From: Chara braunii
Lineage: Eukaryota; Plantae; Charophyceae
Assembly (NCBI GenBank): GCA_003427395.1
Contig: BFEA01000031.1
Span: 2,745,770-2,809,769 of the forward strand
Direction of reading: 5' to 3'
DNA: 64,000 nt
Shown here: piece after piece, positions 11,620 to 24,589 of the stretch
Layout of the letters: the number at the start of each line of letters is the position of its first letter
How positions within the stretch are numbered: the first letter of the stretch is position 1
Notes under the pieces: model-generated
Databases searched by the model: none
The model's input: the letters and a program-made list of their open reading frames with translations, nothing else
What the model was told of the DNA's origin: nothing
Program-made: the position numbers and the translations under genes

Positions 11620-11955
11620 CAAAATTGTCGTCGCCGCCGCGAAGACCGAACAGCATCTTCACACCGATGCTAAAAAAAATTGCTGCTGCCACAAAATTTT
11701 GGCAGCGCTTCCGCGTCGCCGCCAAAAAAGGTACACCTGCCGCCGCAAAATTTCGGCAGCGCGTCCACGTCACCGTAAAAAAAACAGCTGCCGCCGCAAA
11801 ATTTCTGCAGCGCTTCTGCACTACCGTCGAAAAAAACAGCTGCTGCCGCAAAATTTCGGCAGCGCTTTCGCGTTAGCACCGAAAATGCATAGCCGCCGCC
11901 GCAAAATTTCGGCGGTGCTTCCGCACTACCGTCGATAAACCTGTAGTCGCCGCCG
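11620..11955. repeat. Short tandem repeat with core GCCGCCGCAAAATTTCGGCAGCGCTTC
   Basis: About 6 degenerate copies, roughly 50 bp period. The core AAATTTCGGCAGCGCTTCC also occurs near 51812 and 52349. Confidence 0.8.
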
Positions 11956-12597
11956 TGCTGAACGAACAGCACCTCCCCTGCGCTCCACCTAGTGCAGCGG
12001 CAGCTATGGCTGCCCTCTCTCTCGTGGTCCCTGCAGACCTCCAGCGCTTCCCTCTCTCTCGTGGTCCCTGCAGACCTCCAGCGCTTCCCTCTCTCTCTTT
12101 TCACCTCGCTGAGACGGCGGCTATGGTTGTGTCCCACAGCTATGGCCACCTCCAGCAGTCCTCCCCTCTCCCTTTTGCAGTCCTCCACTCATCTCCACCT
12201 CACTCTCCAGCAGCTCCCTCACAGCAGCAGCCAGCATTCAACCAAGTAGAATGCCAGCAGCACCAGCCACAACTGAATGCTGGTTGGCTGGCTGCTGGTT
12301 GTTTTATAGTTGGCTGGAGGGTGTGGGCAGCAGCTTTGCCCCCAGCCAAAACTCGGAGCGAGGCCTGGCCCTTGATCTCTGACGAGATCAAGGGCTGAGA
12401 AACTCGATGTTCCCCTAGGGGAACCAAGTTTCAGGCTTCGGTAATGCATCTGGCCGCTACCCCCGGCCAGACGCAGCCCCAACCGGTTGTATAGAGCCAG
12501 GTAGAGAAGACTGTTGGAATTCAACAGTCTGCTATAATCTCAGGGTCCAGAAGCTTCCACTGCTGCATCTGGCCCTGCGTCGCAGATAGATTCACGA

Positions 12598-12967
12598 TTT
12601 TTTTTTATTTTTTTTTTTTCTTAATGAGGGGGCAGCTCGTTTTCAAAACGAGAAGCCTCCCTCTCTGTGTCATTTCACAGAGTCGAACTAGAGTCAAGCT
12701 CATCAGGGTCTTCTTTCCTACTGCCCCCATGCGCCCGTACCCGGACGCCTACGGCGCCAGGTGCAGGCGGCGGTCTGCAGCCTGTTCTGGACGAACGGAC
12801 GCAGACCTTTTGGTTGTAAGGCCAAAGTGGGACGACGTATATTTCCATGTTCTAATAGGAGGTTTATTCGATCTTGCTTGTCCTGCTCAGACTGTAGGGG
12901 CGCAGCCTCCTGATGAGTTGGTGAAAGTCCAACGAAACAGTCTGGCACAATCAAGTTTTTCTCCCTC
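12598..12967 (-). mobile_element. Retroposon 3' end carrying a 28S rRNA-derived segment, terminal hairpin and poly-A
   Basis: Poly-T at 12598-12619, hairpin at 12626-12663, rRNA-like piece at 12659-12723. The 5' part runs into the N gap. Confidence 0.6.
12659..12723 (-). pseudogene. 28S (LSU) rRNA fragment, about 60 nt
   Basis: - strand GGAAAGAAGACCCTGATGAGCTTGACTCTAGTTCGACTCTGTGAAATGAC versus conserved eukaryotic LSU GGAAAGAAGACCCTGTTGAGCTTGACTCTAGTCCGACTTTGTGAAATGAC (recalled consensus). Confidence 0.85.
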
Positions 12968-13741
12968 NNNNNNNNNNNNNNNNNNNNNNNNNNNNNNNNN
13001 NNNNNNNNNNNNNNNNNNNNNNNNNNNNNNNNNNNNNNNNNNNNNNNNNNNNNNNNNNNNNNNNNNNNNNNNNNNNNNNNNNNNNNNNNNNNNNNNNNNN
13101 NNNNNNNNNNNNNNNNNNNNNNNNNNNNNNNNNNNNNNNNNNNNNNNNNNNNNNNNNNNNNNNNNNNNNNNNNNNNNNNNNNNNNNNNTCTCTCTCTCTC
13201 TCTCTCCGTGTGGGCATCCCGACAGTCGCAGCCGTTGCCAACTATGGACGAGCTGTCGGGGCAGCCTCAAACGTGCGCAGAGGGACCCTCGTAACTCCAG
13301 TACAAGGTCCAAAACCCACGTCCCGAACTCAGCCGCATTACTGCGGCAGATTCATTCGATTTTGCTCATCCTATTGCTGAGGTGACAGCCCATTCGTCAA
13401 AAACGAACGGGCACTTGCTAATTTTTACTAAAAGAAAAACAAAAACCAACGAAATCTAGAAACAAAAAAATCTAAAACGAATCTAGAAAAAAACAACAAA
13501 AAAATAATAAAATAAACTTGAAAAAACAGTCGCCAATTTTTCAGGGCGCTGTCACGTACAGTGGGGCTGAAGTGCCCCTGATACTTCGCTGTGCGCCATC
13601 TGGCGCTTCATTGTAGTTTGAGTTTTAGTTTGTTTTTTTTTTTACACTCCGTTGGCCTAGCCAACGGTCACGTCGGGGTCACAGTACCCCCACGAACTGT
13701 TGAAATACAGATCCAAGTTCGATCCCTTATGGGATCGAAAG

Positions 13742-13802
13742 AAAAATTTGGACTGTTTCTGGATTTATGCATGTCATCCTTGCACAGGGGCCATGTTAAT
13801 CT
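13742..13802 (-). pseudogene. U6: U6 snRNA 3'-half fragment
   Basis: - strand AGATTAACATGGCCCCTGTGCAAGGATGACATGCATAAATCCAGAAACAGTCCAAATTTTT matches the plant-type U6 ISL and 3' end with several substitutions. The 5' stem-loop and ACAGAGA box are absent. Confidence 0.9.
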
Positions 13803-14899
13803 CAGCGCGGCAGATCTCAGCTGCGAGATTTCAATGATCGCACGACCGAGATCGGTCGTGCCCGTTTGCCTTGGGCTGCTCCAAAAGGAGCTTTGCCCAG
13901 TAGGCTGGCATGTCAGATTCGTTCCCGGTATCTGCCGGGTGAGAGTTTGATGTGGTAACCTACTGAGCTAGCTCCTATCACGACAGTGATAGGAGCAGCT
14001 CTCCTATAAGAAGAGCTTGGCCCAGCCAATGTCCCCTCATTCCGCGGCCTTGCAGGCCCTGCCTGCCCATAGCCTTACAGGCCCGGCCTGCCTGCTTGTG
14101 GCCTTGCCAACCCTGCTTGTCTGCCTGTATGTGACCCTGCCGGCCCCGTCAACACACGGCCCTGCACGCTCAATTGGCCGAGTGATCTTGGCACCGGCCT
14201 TAGAATTAAACTCCCCTTCCTATTCCCCCTGCGTCGCGGCTTCATACCCGGCGCACACCTCTTTTTCGCTTACTTAGGCCCTGAATCGCGTGGCTTAACA
14301 GCCGCACGTCATTATTTTTGGTAAAACAGGTTTAACTTTAGTCTTTTCATGACCGCGCAACATCGCGGCCCTGTCGGAAACCATGGACGACAGGCCGCAC
14401 TGCCGACTCCCACTGTTTCAGACGAACGTCAATGACGTCACACGTCAACGACGTCCTACGTCATCGACGTCAGGCTTTAGGTTTCTTAGTTATTGGGTTG
14501 GTCTGAATAACCTTTGGCAACGTCAATCTCATCAAGTCTTTCAATCCAAGCAAGGGTCGGGCAGTGTCTGACCTTGAAAAACCCGGGCAGAAACCCTTCC
14601 AGGGGTTTCTGTCCCGGCAGCGGCATGCCTTCGTCGGGACGTGTGCTTTCGTCCTTTGCTTGGCCTTCGACTGCGACTGCGGCGCCACTCCGTTCTCCGT
14701 ACCTGCAACATGCGTTTTGCCATTACCACCTGTTAGTCATTTCACCTAGTACGATAACTCCGGATTTCATCTCGAAAAGGAAAGATCACTTTTGTGGCAT
14801 TTTCTCACCTCCATAGCTTTACCGATCAGGTAAGAATCCGTTAACTTTGTCTTACTCCCTTCCACGCTTTCGTACTTTCCTTTTCCTGTCACTCGGGTT

Positions 14900-17800
14900 T
14901 TCTTTGAGTAAGGACGTTTGTTTTCGTTCCGATAGGCTCAAGCTTTGCTTTCTCTCCACTAAAAACCTACCCGGAGCTGTGGCAGGCTGAGTGACTTTCT
15001 GCGCTTTCCTCAGAACCAGGCCCTATCCTCCATACAAGAGACTAACTGTCTCTTCGACTGAACCTTGGCCCTGTTTGTTGCCATAGTCACCTCTCAGCGA
15101 GAAGCCAGGCCTTACCTCCGCTTTCTTCTGCTTGTTCGAAACTTCGGCAGTCGTAGCCTCGGTTTTTCCCTACGTGCAACCTTCACCGGGGTGGCTTCTC
15201 CTAACTTAGTTAACAAGAGTGACTTCACAATTCACGATGCAGACCTCTTTCTGAGACTATGTCAAGTACAAAGCACTAAACGCGAAAAAATTTGGAGAAA
15301 CGCCAACCCGTGTGAACCTCAAAGCAAGGTAAGACTACTTCATGATGAGCTTACTCAAAGCTCTACAGGTATGCTCACAACCCACCGATATCTGATGTTA
15401 CCAATCAATCGTTATTCAATTTTCGCTAAGATCTGTTATATCCTCGCTTTAACCTTCTAGCAGGAGTAGAGCTTAGCGCTTAAGGACTTACATAGGTATA
15501 TGCTTTTACTATTATCACTCGGTCACCTCGCGCCTTTCGCCTAAAAATATAAGAGCGGGAAACAGGTTAAGGCAGGCTTAATCGCTTCGGGTCCTGGAAA
15601 CTGGCTTGAGTCTGGAGTTTTCTGTCCTTTTACTAGTCCCTTCAATCTCTTAAGAAAACTATTTTCCTTTACTCCACAACCATGACGAAGCCTGCTAAGC
15701 CCTGCTTCTTTGGTTATAATCATGATCTTCTCCCTCATGGAGATTGTGATGGACCTTTCTTTCACGAACTTCAATCTAAGTAGTCTAGAGTGTTTTCTGG
15801 TCTCTCTTAGGAGTTTGTGCTTTCTTTCACGAACTTCAATCAAACAGTTTAGGGTGCTTTCTGGTGTCCAAACTTGAACCTGCTTTAGGAACAACCCAAA
15901 CTTACCAATTCTGTTCAGTAATCACAAATTTATATGGCAATCTTGGTAATTCTAAGAGCTCGTAGCAAGTTTTCAATAAGAAATCAGGGTCGTTTCCCTT
16001 GTCCTTTCCATCGAGGTCATGTTCGCATTTTAAAGGATCGATTACCTCCGGTGTGCTTGTTAAGTTTTATCTAGACTTTTACTCCTTACCAATATCTTTA
16101 GTACTCCAACATCAGCCCGTTTTGAGCCTTACCAACTTGTCGAAACATACGCAAGTATCCATCCTGTCTTTCTAACTAGCGTTTTGTCCTAAATCTACCC
16201 CTAACATAGTATTCGTGAAAACCAAACAAACGTAGAAAACCAAACAATCGTTACAGACCGGAGAAAACCAAAATTTTTCCACTTATTTTCACTCCGCTGG
16301 TGCTACTTTTACACGTTGTACGCCGCACCGAGTGATGGAAAACATACCAAATCAAGGCTCCTGTTAGGAGAAGGTGATTAGTGAGACGAAAGCTTGTCCA
16401 CGAAGCCTCATTTTTATCACATACAAAAGCAGGTCAACAAGTGATCCAAAAAACCACTTGTAGTCGAGAAATGAATTCTTTGCTCTGCTGAAACCACGCA
16501 AATATGACAATTCATTCCACAACACTAGATACCACTTACAAACTTAGAGGAAAGTTAAGAAAACTCAGGCAGGATAACGGACACTCCAAAATGTATTGTG
16601 TTGTACGAAAGCAGGACGTTTTGACATATGCACCTTTGGAGTCCTTTCATTAAAGAAGCAGAAAACAGATGCAGTTCAGGCACCCCAAATTTCATTTGTA
16701 GTTCTATAAAGCAAGCGGCAAAGACACACTAGAAAAAAAGAAAACAAAGAAGCACTCCGAAAATGCGCCCTTGCACCGAAACCAGACATCTTGACATTTG
16801 CGTATTTATAGTCTTATAAATTGGAAAGCAAAAAACCATGTCAACTTTGGAATTCTCCATTCGGTTTATGGTTCTATAAACCTTGATGCACAAATATGCG
16901 AGAAAAAAAAAAACAAAGAATCACTCTGAAAATGTGAGCCCTTGTACGAAAGCCAGACATCTTGACATTTGCGTATTTATAGTCCTATAAATTGGAAAGC
17001 AAAAAACCATGTCAGCTTCGGAATTCTCCATTCCGTTTATAGTTCTATAAACCGTGACACACAAACATGCGAGGAAAAAAAAAACAAAGAAGCACTCCGA
17101 AAATGTGCGCCCTTGTACCGAAGTCAAACATCTTGACATTTGCGTATTTATAGTCCTATAGATTGGAACGCAAAAAATCATCTCAGCTTCGAAATTCTTC
17201 ATTCCGTTTATAGTTCTACAAACTGTGATGCACAAAGACGAGAGAAAAAGGCAAATGGTGACACCTTTTCTAACCCGCAAGAACGAGCTAAAAAGTACTA
17301 GAAATTGTTACTTTGAAACCGAGGTCTTAGAAACGCCTAAGGGACAAATCTTTGGAAAATTACATGAATCACTTTGAAATAAATCTCCACAATTGTTGCT
17401 TCTTTAAAAAGAGAGTCTCGCCGATGTTTCTGTGTCGAGCGGAGGGCACACGCGCGAAGCTCGTGAACGGTTGCGAAAACCGAATTCGTGAAAACCTAAC
17501 AAAACCACAAAACCTAACATTTTTTATAGAATGAAAAAGTAAAAGTCAAACTGTTATTTTTGACACATAAAAGAGAGCGTTTTTAACTGTTTTCCAAGAA
17601 AGGAGGCAAAAAAATAGGCAAAAAGTCCAGCGATTCTCAAAATGTGCAAGAAAATCATTTCCAGCAAAGATCATGTTATAGGACTATAAGTCGTTCTCAG
17701 TAGATTGACAAAAAACATAACTCAAATAAGACAATATTTAACGACTACAAGGCGAACCCGAAAGATGTTAAAAAAACAGTTTCAGTGAATACTTATTTAT

Positions 17801-19900
17801 AGAACTATAAGTCGTTTTCAACAGTTTGGTAAAAAAAACAGATTCTGCGAAATCGAGTTTATAGAACTATAAATTAATATAACTTCATTTTTAAGTTAAC
17901 TTTAAAACCCTTGTCAAAAAATAATGTTATGTAAAAGAAAAATTAAAACAACTTTTATCTGGGAGACATCTTCAAATTCCTAGCCAATGATGATTTAAAA
18001 TTAAAAAATATATATATATTTAAAAATACCAGATTCTGCGAAATCGAGTTTATAGAACTATAAATTAATATAACTTCATTTTTAAGTTAACTGTAAAACC
18101 CTTGTCAAAAAATATATGTTGTGTAAAAGAAGAATTAAAACAACTTTTGCCTGGGGGGCATCTTCAAATTCCTAGCCAACGATGATTTAAAATTAAAAAA
18201 TAAAATTTGTCCATGTATGAGAAAACATATCCAAGCGAATGTACTCGTGAATAGGAGAGCATGTGTGCATGTTTGGGAAACCCCCGAATAGGTTCGTCGT
18301 GCTACATACCTTACAGAACTATAAACATGATTTTTTTAGTTTAACAAAATATTGTGATATTTCAGTTCCTGAATTAACGGTGCTTTGCAAGGTACAAATT
18401 TTTTGTTAAAAAACTTGCTTCTCTCCTCATCACTTCTAGTGGTTCTGAAAAAGTAGTAATCTATTCTTTTTTTGCGGTTAATTTACTTCACATAAAATTT
18501 TGTCCATGTAGGAGGCCTGAAAAAAGTATTATCAGAATCTTTAAAAATTTTCGTGCAAACCTAACAATTTATTTTATTAGGTTTTCACGAATTTTATGTT
18601 CCCTAAGTAGCTCGGTTTTGTTAGGCTAAAAACTCTGCTTTCTCTTCTCACTTAAAATCTACCTGGAGTGGTACGCAGACTGAGCGGCTCTCTGTGCTAA
18701 CTGAGCCTACCACCTCCAGACTGAAGTAAAACTGTCTTCGACTGAACTTTGTTCTTGTTTGTGACCATAATCGCCTCTCGGAAAGAAGGCAGGCCGCACT
18801 TCTACTTCCTTTCGCTTGGTTTGAAGCTTCGGCAAATCATCGCCCTGTCTTCGACTCCTCGCAGCCTTCACCGGGACGACGTTTCCTAGATTAGTAAACG
18901 GGAAGGCCCTCACAGGGTCACGACTCGGACCTATTTGTGAGTTTAGATCAGGTGTGCAGCATCCAAGGTAGAACGATTTGAAAAAACTCTAACCTAGGCG
19001 AACCTAAAAGTAAGGTAAGTAAGGTTTATTTCATAAGGATTATACTCGAAACTCTAATGATATGCTCTCAATTTACTGTTGTCGACCTTTTCAATCAATC
19101 GTAGAGTCAATCCTTGCTAAACCCGTTACAACGTTGCTTCAATTCGTTTAATAAGAATGAGCTTAATGCTTGAGGACTTACCTAGGATTATGCTCTACTT
19201 TACCATTCGGTCACCTCGCAACTTTTCACCAAAATGAAAGCAAGAGTGTTAGACAAGTTAAACTTGCTCAATTCGCTTCACTTCCTGTGGGCTGGCATAG
19301 GTTGGGAATGAAGCCTTCTTCTTCGATATTTAATCATGTTCCTCTCTCTCAGGAGTCGGTTCTGGACCTTCCTTTCACGTATTTCAATTAAGTTTTTCCA
19401 TTCTCTGAATATCGTCATTTCGGATCGCCCTACTATAGATTACTGGATCCGCACCTGAACCATCTTAGGACCAACCAAATGATTTACCAATACGGAGTTC
19501 AAGGATCCCAAACTCTTACCCTAATTTGGAAAGTTTTTGCTCACATTTTTCAGGATCTGTTACCTCGAATTGATTACTAGGCCGTAACTCAACTTCTCTA
19601 AATTCAAACACGAGCCCTTGATCTTACAAGAGTCAATTAGCCTTGCTGTTTCAAGAACCTGGTGTTCACCATCACCTACGTTTTCTGCATACTTGATCTC
19701 TCTGTTGCTTTTTTGATCTTGCACCTAGTAATAATCGAATCCTGTAGCTATGTATTGGACACATCTGTAGGCTGGCTTATTAGAATTCTATAGCGTTTGG
19801 CCCAATTTTCCTTTTTCTTAAATCTACGTCCACCTACCTTACTTCTTATCAAGCTTACCGTCTTTAGTATCTGTCCAACGATTTTTGCTTTCAGTGAGTT
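14900..19900. repeat. Diverged tandem duplication of about 1-1.3 kb non-coding unit (about 14900-16202 and 18605-19900), separated by a later DNA transposon
   Basis: Colinear shared motifs: TAGGCT...TGCTTTCTCT (14933, 18622), GAACCT.AAAG.AAGGTAAG (15314, 19000), TCGGTCACCTCGC (15519, 19208). Confidence 0.7.
16203..18600. mobile_element. Non-autonomous TIR DNA transposon, 2.4 kb, 4-bp TSD
   Basis: TIR AACATAGTATTCGTGAAAACC / GGTTTTCACGAATTTTATGTT. TSD CCCT at 16199-16202 and 18601-18604. Internal about 170-bp x4 array (16600-17260) and 191-bp x2 array (17839-18200). Confidence 0.8.
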
Positions 19901-20859
19901 TTGTGTCACCTTTTTGCAGGTTTTTGTCGACAGGACAACTGGGGCAGCTGATTACCTCACTTGCAATCTTGCCGACTACTGAACCAAGATAGGATGTCGA
20001 TTCATCTTTCAAGAGCCCTGATTATTTCATTATTAAATAATCTTACCTCTATCATAATGAGATTTTGATCGAGCACTATTCCTTCAGAATTAGCGTTTAG
20101 AATAGTCGCCTGTCAGACTTCGTCCTACTTCCGGACCATGTTTAACTATCTAATCCGCTCCGAAACCTATTCTTAGATCAATTCAACTTTGCTTGTTACC
20201 GAGTTAGAAGATCCCAAAACTCATGTCTAAAGGTTGTTGCAATTTCAGCAGAGCAGTACTACTTTCTCAAAATCTTTCTAACTCATCTTTTCTTTCTTCC
20301 CGGGTCTCTTTTACTTCGGAGAATATCTTTTGCCATTAGTTAGTTCAGTCAATGGTTCACGATCTTTTTTACCCAAACCAACCGTATTCAGGTAAGTAAT
20401 TAGATTCAGGTATTTTTCGAACTTGTCAGGACTTCCGAAACACCTTTCTGTCAGTAGGCGTTCACCCTGTCCACTTCGCCATTTCTTGGGTCGAATATGC
20501 CTCTTAGACCCGTGCAAATAAGAAAAACCAGAGTTCAACCTCCGCTCAATTGCTTTCGAGTTACTTAATCAGAAGGAAGAACCATCTTATAGATACCTTT
20601 TGTTTTACCATTATCATCATGGCCTACTCGGTACTACTCGTATCTCCTTTATTATCCAAGTAACCACTGCTAGGTACTCACCGACAGTCAAACTGTAGGA
20701 ACTTCAAGAACTAGCTGGAAAAAGGATAAGACCATCTCTGGACTAATAAGATCGTATCACTTTCTTAAAGAGGTAGTAGCATAGTGGTTATCGAATCGCG
20801 AGGTCGGTCTCATGTCCTATTTAAGTCTCGAAACTTTCCTCAAAACAGCTCGTAAAAAA

Positions 20860-20989
20860 GAGGGATTAAGGGCAGGCCCCGCTGTACTTAAAAGACCGGA
20901 AGGGTGAGGCCAGTTATTGATCAGAATGTGAACACTATCTTACTACTTGATTAAACCTCGAACCTCCTTCTACCTAGATGCGTTTTTCC

Positions 20990-21023
<34 letters not shown>

Positions 21024-21771
21024 GAATCTCGGAATCTTAGAAGGCATGAATTACTGCTCCTTTAAGACTATTGGATCGAAGGCATGATCCCGCTATCTAG
21101 TTGAACCCTTACAAGATTCATGAAACCTCACCACAGTACTGACTGTACTTGTACTTACCATAATTTGTTCACGCAGCCAAGAATCTTAGTCGGATAATCA
21201 GTGTTGCTTCTTTGTCAAAGAATCACAAGCACGATCCCACTACTTAGTTAAAGCATTTAAGCACTCACGTAAATTTGGTGTTCATAGTTTTCAAAACGGG
21301 GTTGGTCCCACTGTAAAAATAAAAAAAATAAAATAAAAAAAATGAAAAAATAAAAAGGGATGGCAAGGCGCTGGTACTTACGACAATCTGATGGCGGGAT
21401 TGGTCCCGCTGCAGTGATCATCTCAGAATCTTAGATGGATGGAACAGTGCTCCTTCTATAACTATCGAATAGAAGGCATGGACAGCGTCTTAGTTGAACT
21501 TTTTAAGATGCATGAAACTTGATGATTATTACCGTTCACGGCGGGGTTGGTCCCGCTGTAGTAGTAAAAGCTGACCAAGCGCTGGAACTTACGCAAATTT
21601 GATCGAAAGGTTGGATTCACCACAACTTGCTTCTCTGAATCGTTGTTGGATGAACAACGCTGCGTCTAAGTTGTAGGTTCGCGGGCATAGTCTCGGTACT
21701 TAGTTTCAACGTTAAAACGCTCACTTAAACTTGTTGTTGTTAGTTTCAAAGAGGGGTTGGTCCCGCTGCAG

Positions 21772-21807
<36 letters not shown>

Positions 21808-23800
21808 TGATACTTGCGACTATCCGATCACAGGCTGGTCCCGCAGCAATAAACATCTCTCAATCTTGGATGGATGAAAGGTGCTCCTTTTATGTATGTC
21901 GGACAAAAAACATGTTCACGCTTCTTAATTAAAACTCAAAGGATTCACGGATCTTGGTGATGATAGTTTTCACGGTGGGATTGGTCCCACTGTACTAAGT
22001 GAAGTTGCCAAGGCACGGGTACTTAAGACAAGCGGATCGAGGGAATACTTCCACTACTACTATCTTTTCTAAACCCTCGATGGATCGCAGGCACGGTACC
22101 GCTTTTGGCACTCACATAAACTTGGCATCAGTAGATTTCACAACGGGGTTGGTCCCGCTGTAGTAGCCTAAGCTATTAAGGTTTCAGTTCTTGCAGAAAT
22201 CTGATCGAAGGGTAGCTTCGCTGCAACTGGTATTTCTGAATCTTTGAGGGATAAACTATGCTGCTTCTTCGCTTGAAGGTTCACTGGCTTGGCCCGCTGC
22301 TTAGTTTAAACATTGAAGCGCTCATTTAAACTTGGTGATGATAGCTTGAAAGTGGGGTAAACATTGAAGCGCTCATTTAAACTTGGTGATGATAGCTTGA
22401 AAGTGGGGTTGGTCCCGCGACAGTAAAGGCTGTAAAGGTATTGATAATTGAGAAATCTGATCACGGGGTTGGTCCCACTGCAATGAGCATCCCTGAATCT
22501 TGAATGGAGTGAAGGCGCTCCTGTTATGTATGTCGGACAGAAGTCAGGGTCACGTTACTTAGTCAAAACTTAAAAGATTATAGAAACTTGGTGATGTGGG
22601 TGATGTTAGTCTTGCACGGCGGGGTGGCTCCTGCTGTACTAGAGAAACGGCCAAGGCGCTCGTACTTAAGAAAAGCGGATCAAAGGATCGCTCCCGCTAC
22701 TACTATCTTTTCCGAATCTTCGATGGATGAAGAAGTTGCTTCCACTGGTAGGGTTGCAGGCATGGTCCCACTACATAGTTAAAACTTTTAGCACTCACGT
22801 AAACTTAGTGTTAGTAGCTTTCAAGGCAGGATTGGGAGAGTTGCGCCATAACTTGCATTTCTGAATCTTTCTAAAAAATAAAAATGAAAAAAATGTTGCT
22901 TCTACGTTGGAAGGTTCACTGGCATGACACGCTACTTAATTCAAACATTGAAGCGCTCACTTAAACTTGGTGATGTGGGTGATGTTAGTTTTGCACGGCG
23001 GGGTTGGTCCCGCTGTACTAGAGAAACGACCAAGGCGCTCGTACTTCAAAAAAGCGGATCAAAGGATTGCTCCCGCTACTATTATCTTCTCTGAATCTCC
23101 GATGGATGAAGAAGTTGCTTCCACGTGGTAGGGTTGCAGGCATGGTCCCACAACGAAGTTAAGAACGTAAACTTGGTGTTAGTAGCTTTCAAGGCAAGAT
23201 TGGGATAACTTCGCCGTAACTTGCATTTCTGAAGCTTTCTGGGATTAAAAAAAAAAATAAAAAAAAATTGTTTCCACGTTGGAAGGTTCACTGGCATGAC
23301 CCGATACTCAATTCAAACATTGAAGCGCTCACTTAAACTTGGTACTGGTAGTTTTTTAAGCGGGGTTGGTCCCGCTGCAGTAAAGGTTGTAAAGATGCTG
23401 AGACTTGAGATAATCTGATCACGGGGTTGGTCCCGCTGCAAGGAGCATCTCTGAATCTTGGATTGATGGAGGGTACTCCTTTTATGTATGTCAGACAGAA
23501 GTTAGGATCACGTTACTTAGAGGAAACTTAAAAGATTCACGAAAACTAGGTGATATTGGTGATGTTAGTTTTCACGGCGAGGTTGCTCCCGTTGCACAAG
23601 AGAAACGGCTAAGGCACTCGTACTTAAGACAAGCGGATCAAAGGGTTGCTCCCGCTACTATTATCTTTCTGAATCTTCGTAGGTGGAAAGAAGCTGCTTC
23701 CACGTGATAGGGTTGCAGACATGATCCCGTTAAGTACTTATAACTTTTAAGCACTCACGTAAACTCGGTGTTAGTAGCTTTCAAGACAGGGTTGTATGAC
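20860..23800. repeat. Degenerate higher-order tandem array with recurring GCGGGGTTGGTCCCGC hairpin
   Basis: Motif recurs near 21298, 21394, 21541, 21752, 21976, 22145, 22404, 22464, 22998, 23360 and 23422. Longer blocks repeat (22585-22970 versus 22965-23340). Confidence 0.8.
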
Positions 23801-24449
23801 TATCTGATCGCGGCAGGATCGGCTGGCTTGCTCAGGAAGCTGCAAGCAATAAACTTGATACCTACTCACTAAACACTTTACTCAAGACCCATAGTTACGA
23901 TCGGCAACAAGCAAATGCTTCCCAGACTTCAAAAAAAAAAAAAAAAAAGGGGAAGAAGGGACGATGATGGAGGGAGAATGTTAGGAGAAGGTTTTGAACT
24001 TTTGGAGAGCAAGAAAGGAGGATTGTTAGGCGGCAAAAAAAAAAAAAAAAAAAGGGAAAAAAGGAATGAGACAGACAAGGAGACAACTCACCATTCATCG
24101 TGACCTAATCTTAAAACAAGATCCGTGAAGAGTTTGCAGTAGTTCAACAACCGATCAGTTATCAAGTAATCCCGTCAAAAGACTCAAAACAATTGGTACC
24201 TGATTATGCGACGGATTACTCTACTATCACTTTACATCTGAAAAACTACCTGGTATACCCCTTGACTAACGAGGTTATCAGGTCATTCAAAAACTGCGCG
24301 CCAATTTGGAACTCCACCCCTTCCCTACGGAAGGTCAATTTTGTAACCACCCGCTATGAGGCGGTCTTAGTTCCTCAAGCTAGACTTTGATAAAGTCCCA
24401 AGGCAAAATCACGCTGAATCCAGACCGAAGAACCTCATTAGACGGTAAG

Positions 24450-24497
<48 letters not shown>

Positions 24498-24589
24498 AAA
24501 ACATGTATATAGATGTACGTTATGGTATATATATATTTTATATCTATATGTACGGTAATATACGTACATATACACGTTGATATATATAT

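Noticed and set aside
12669-12707. CTGATGA...GAAA on -, resembling a hammerhead ribozyme core
   Set aside because: No proper stem II or stem III; explained by one substitution in the 28S-derived sequence.
20860-23800. CRISPR-like repeat/spacer array
   Set aside because: Irregular spacing, spacers homologous to each other, no cas genes, eukaryotic context.
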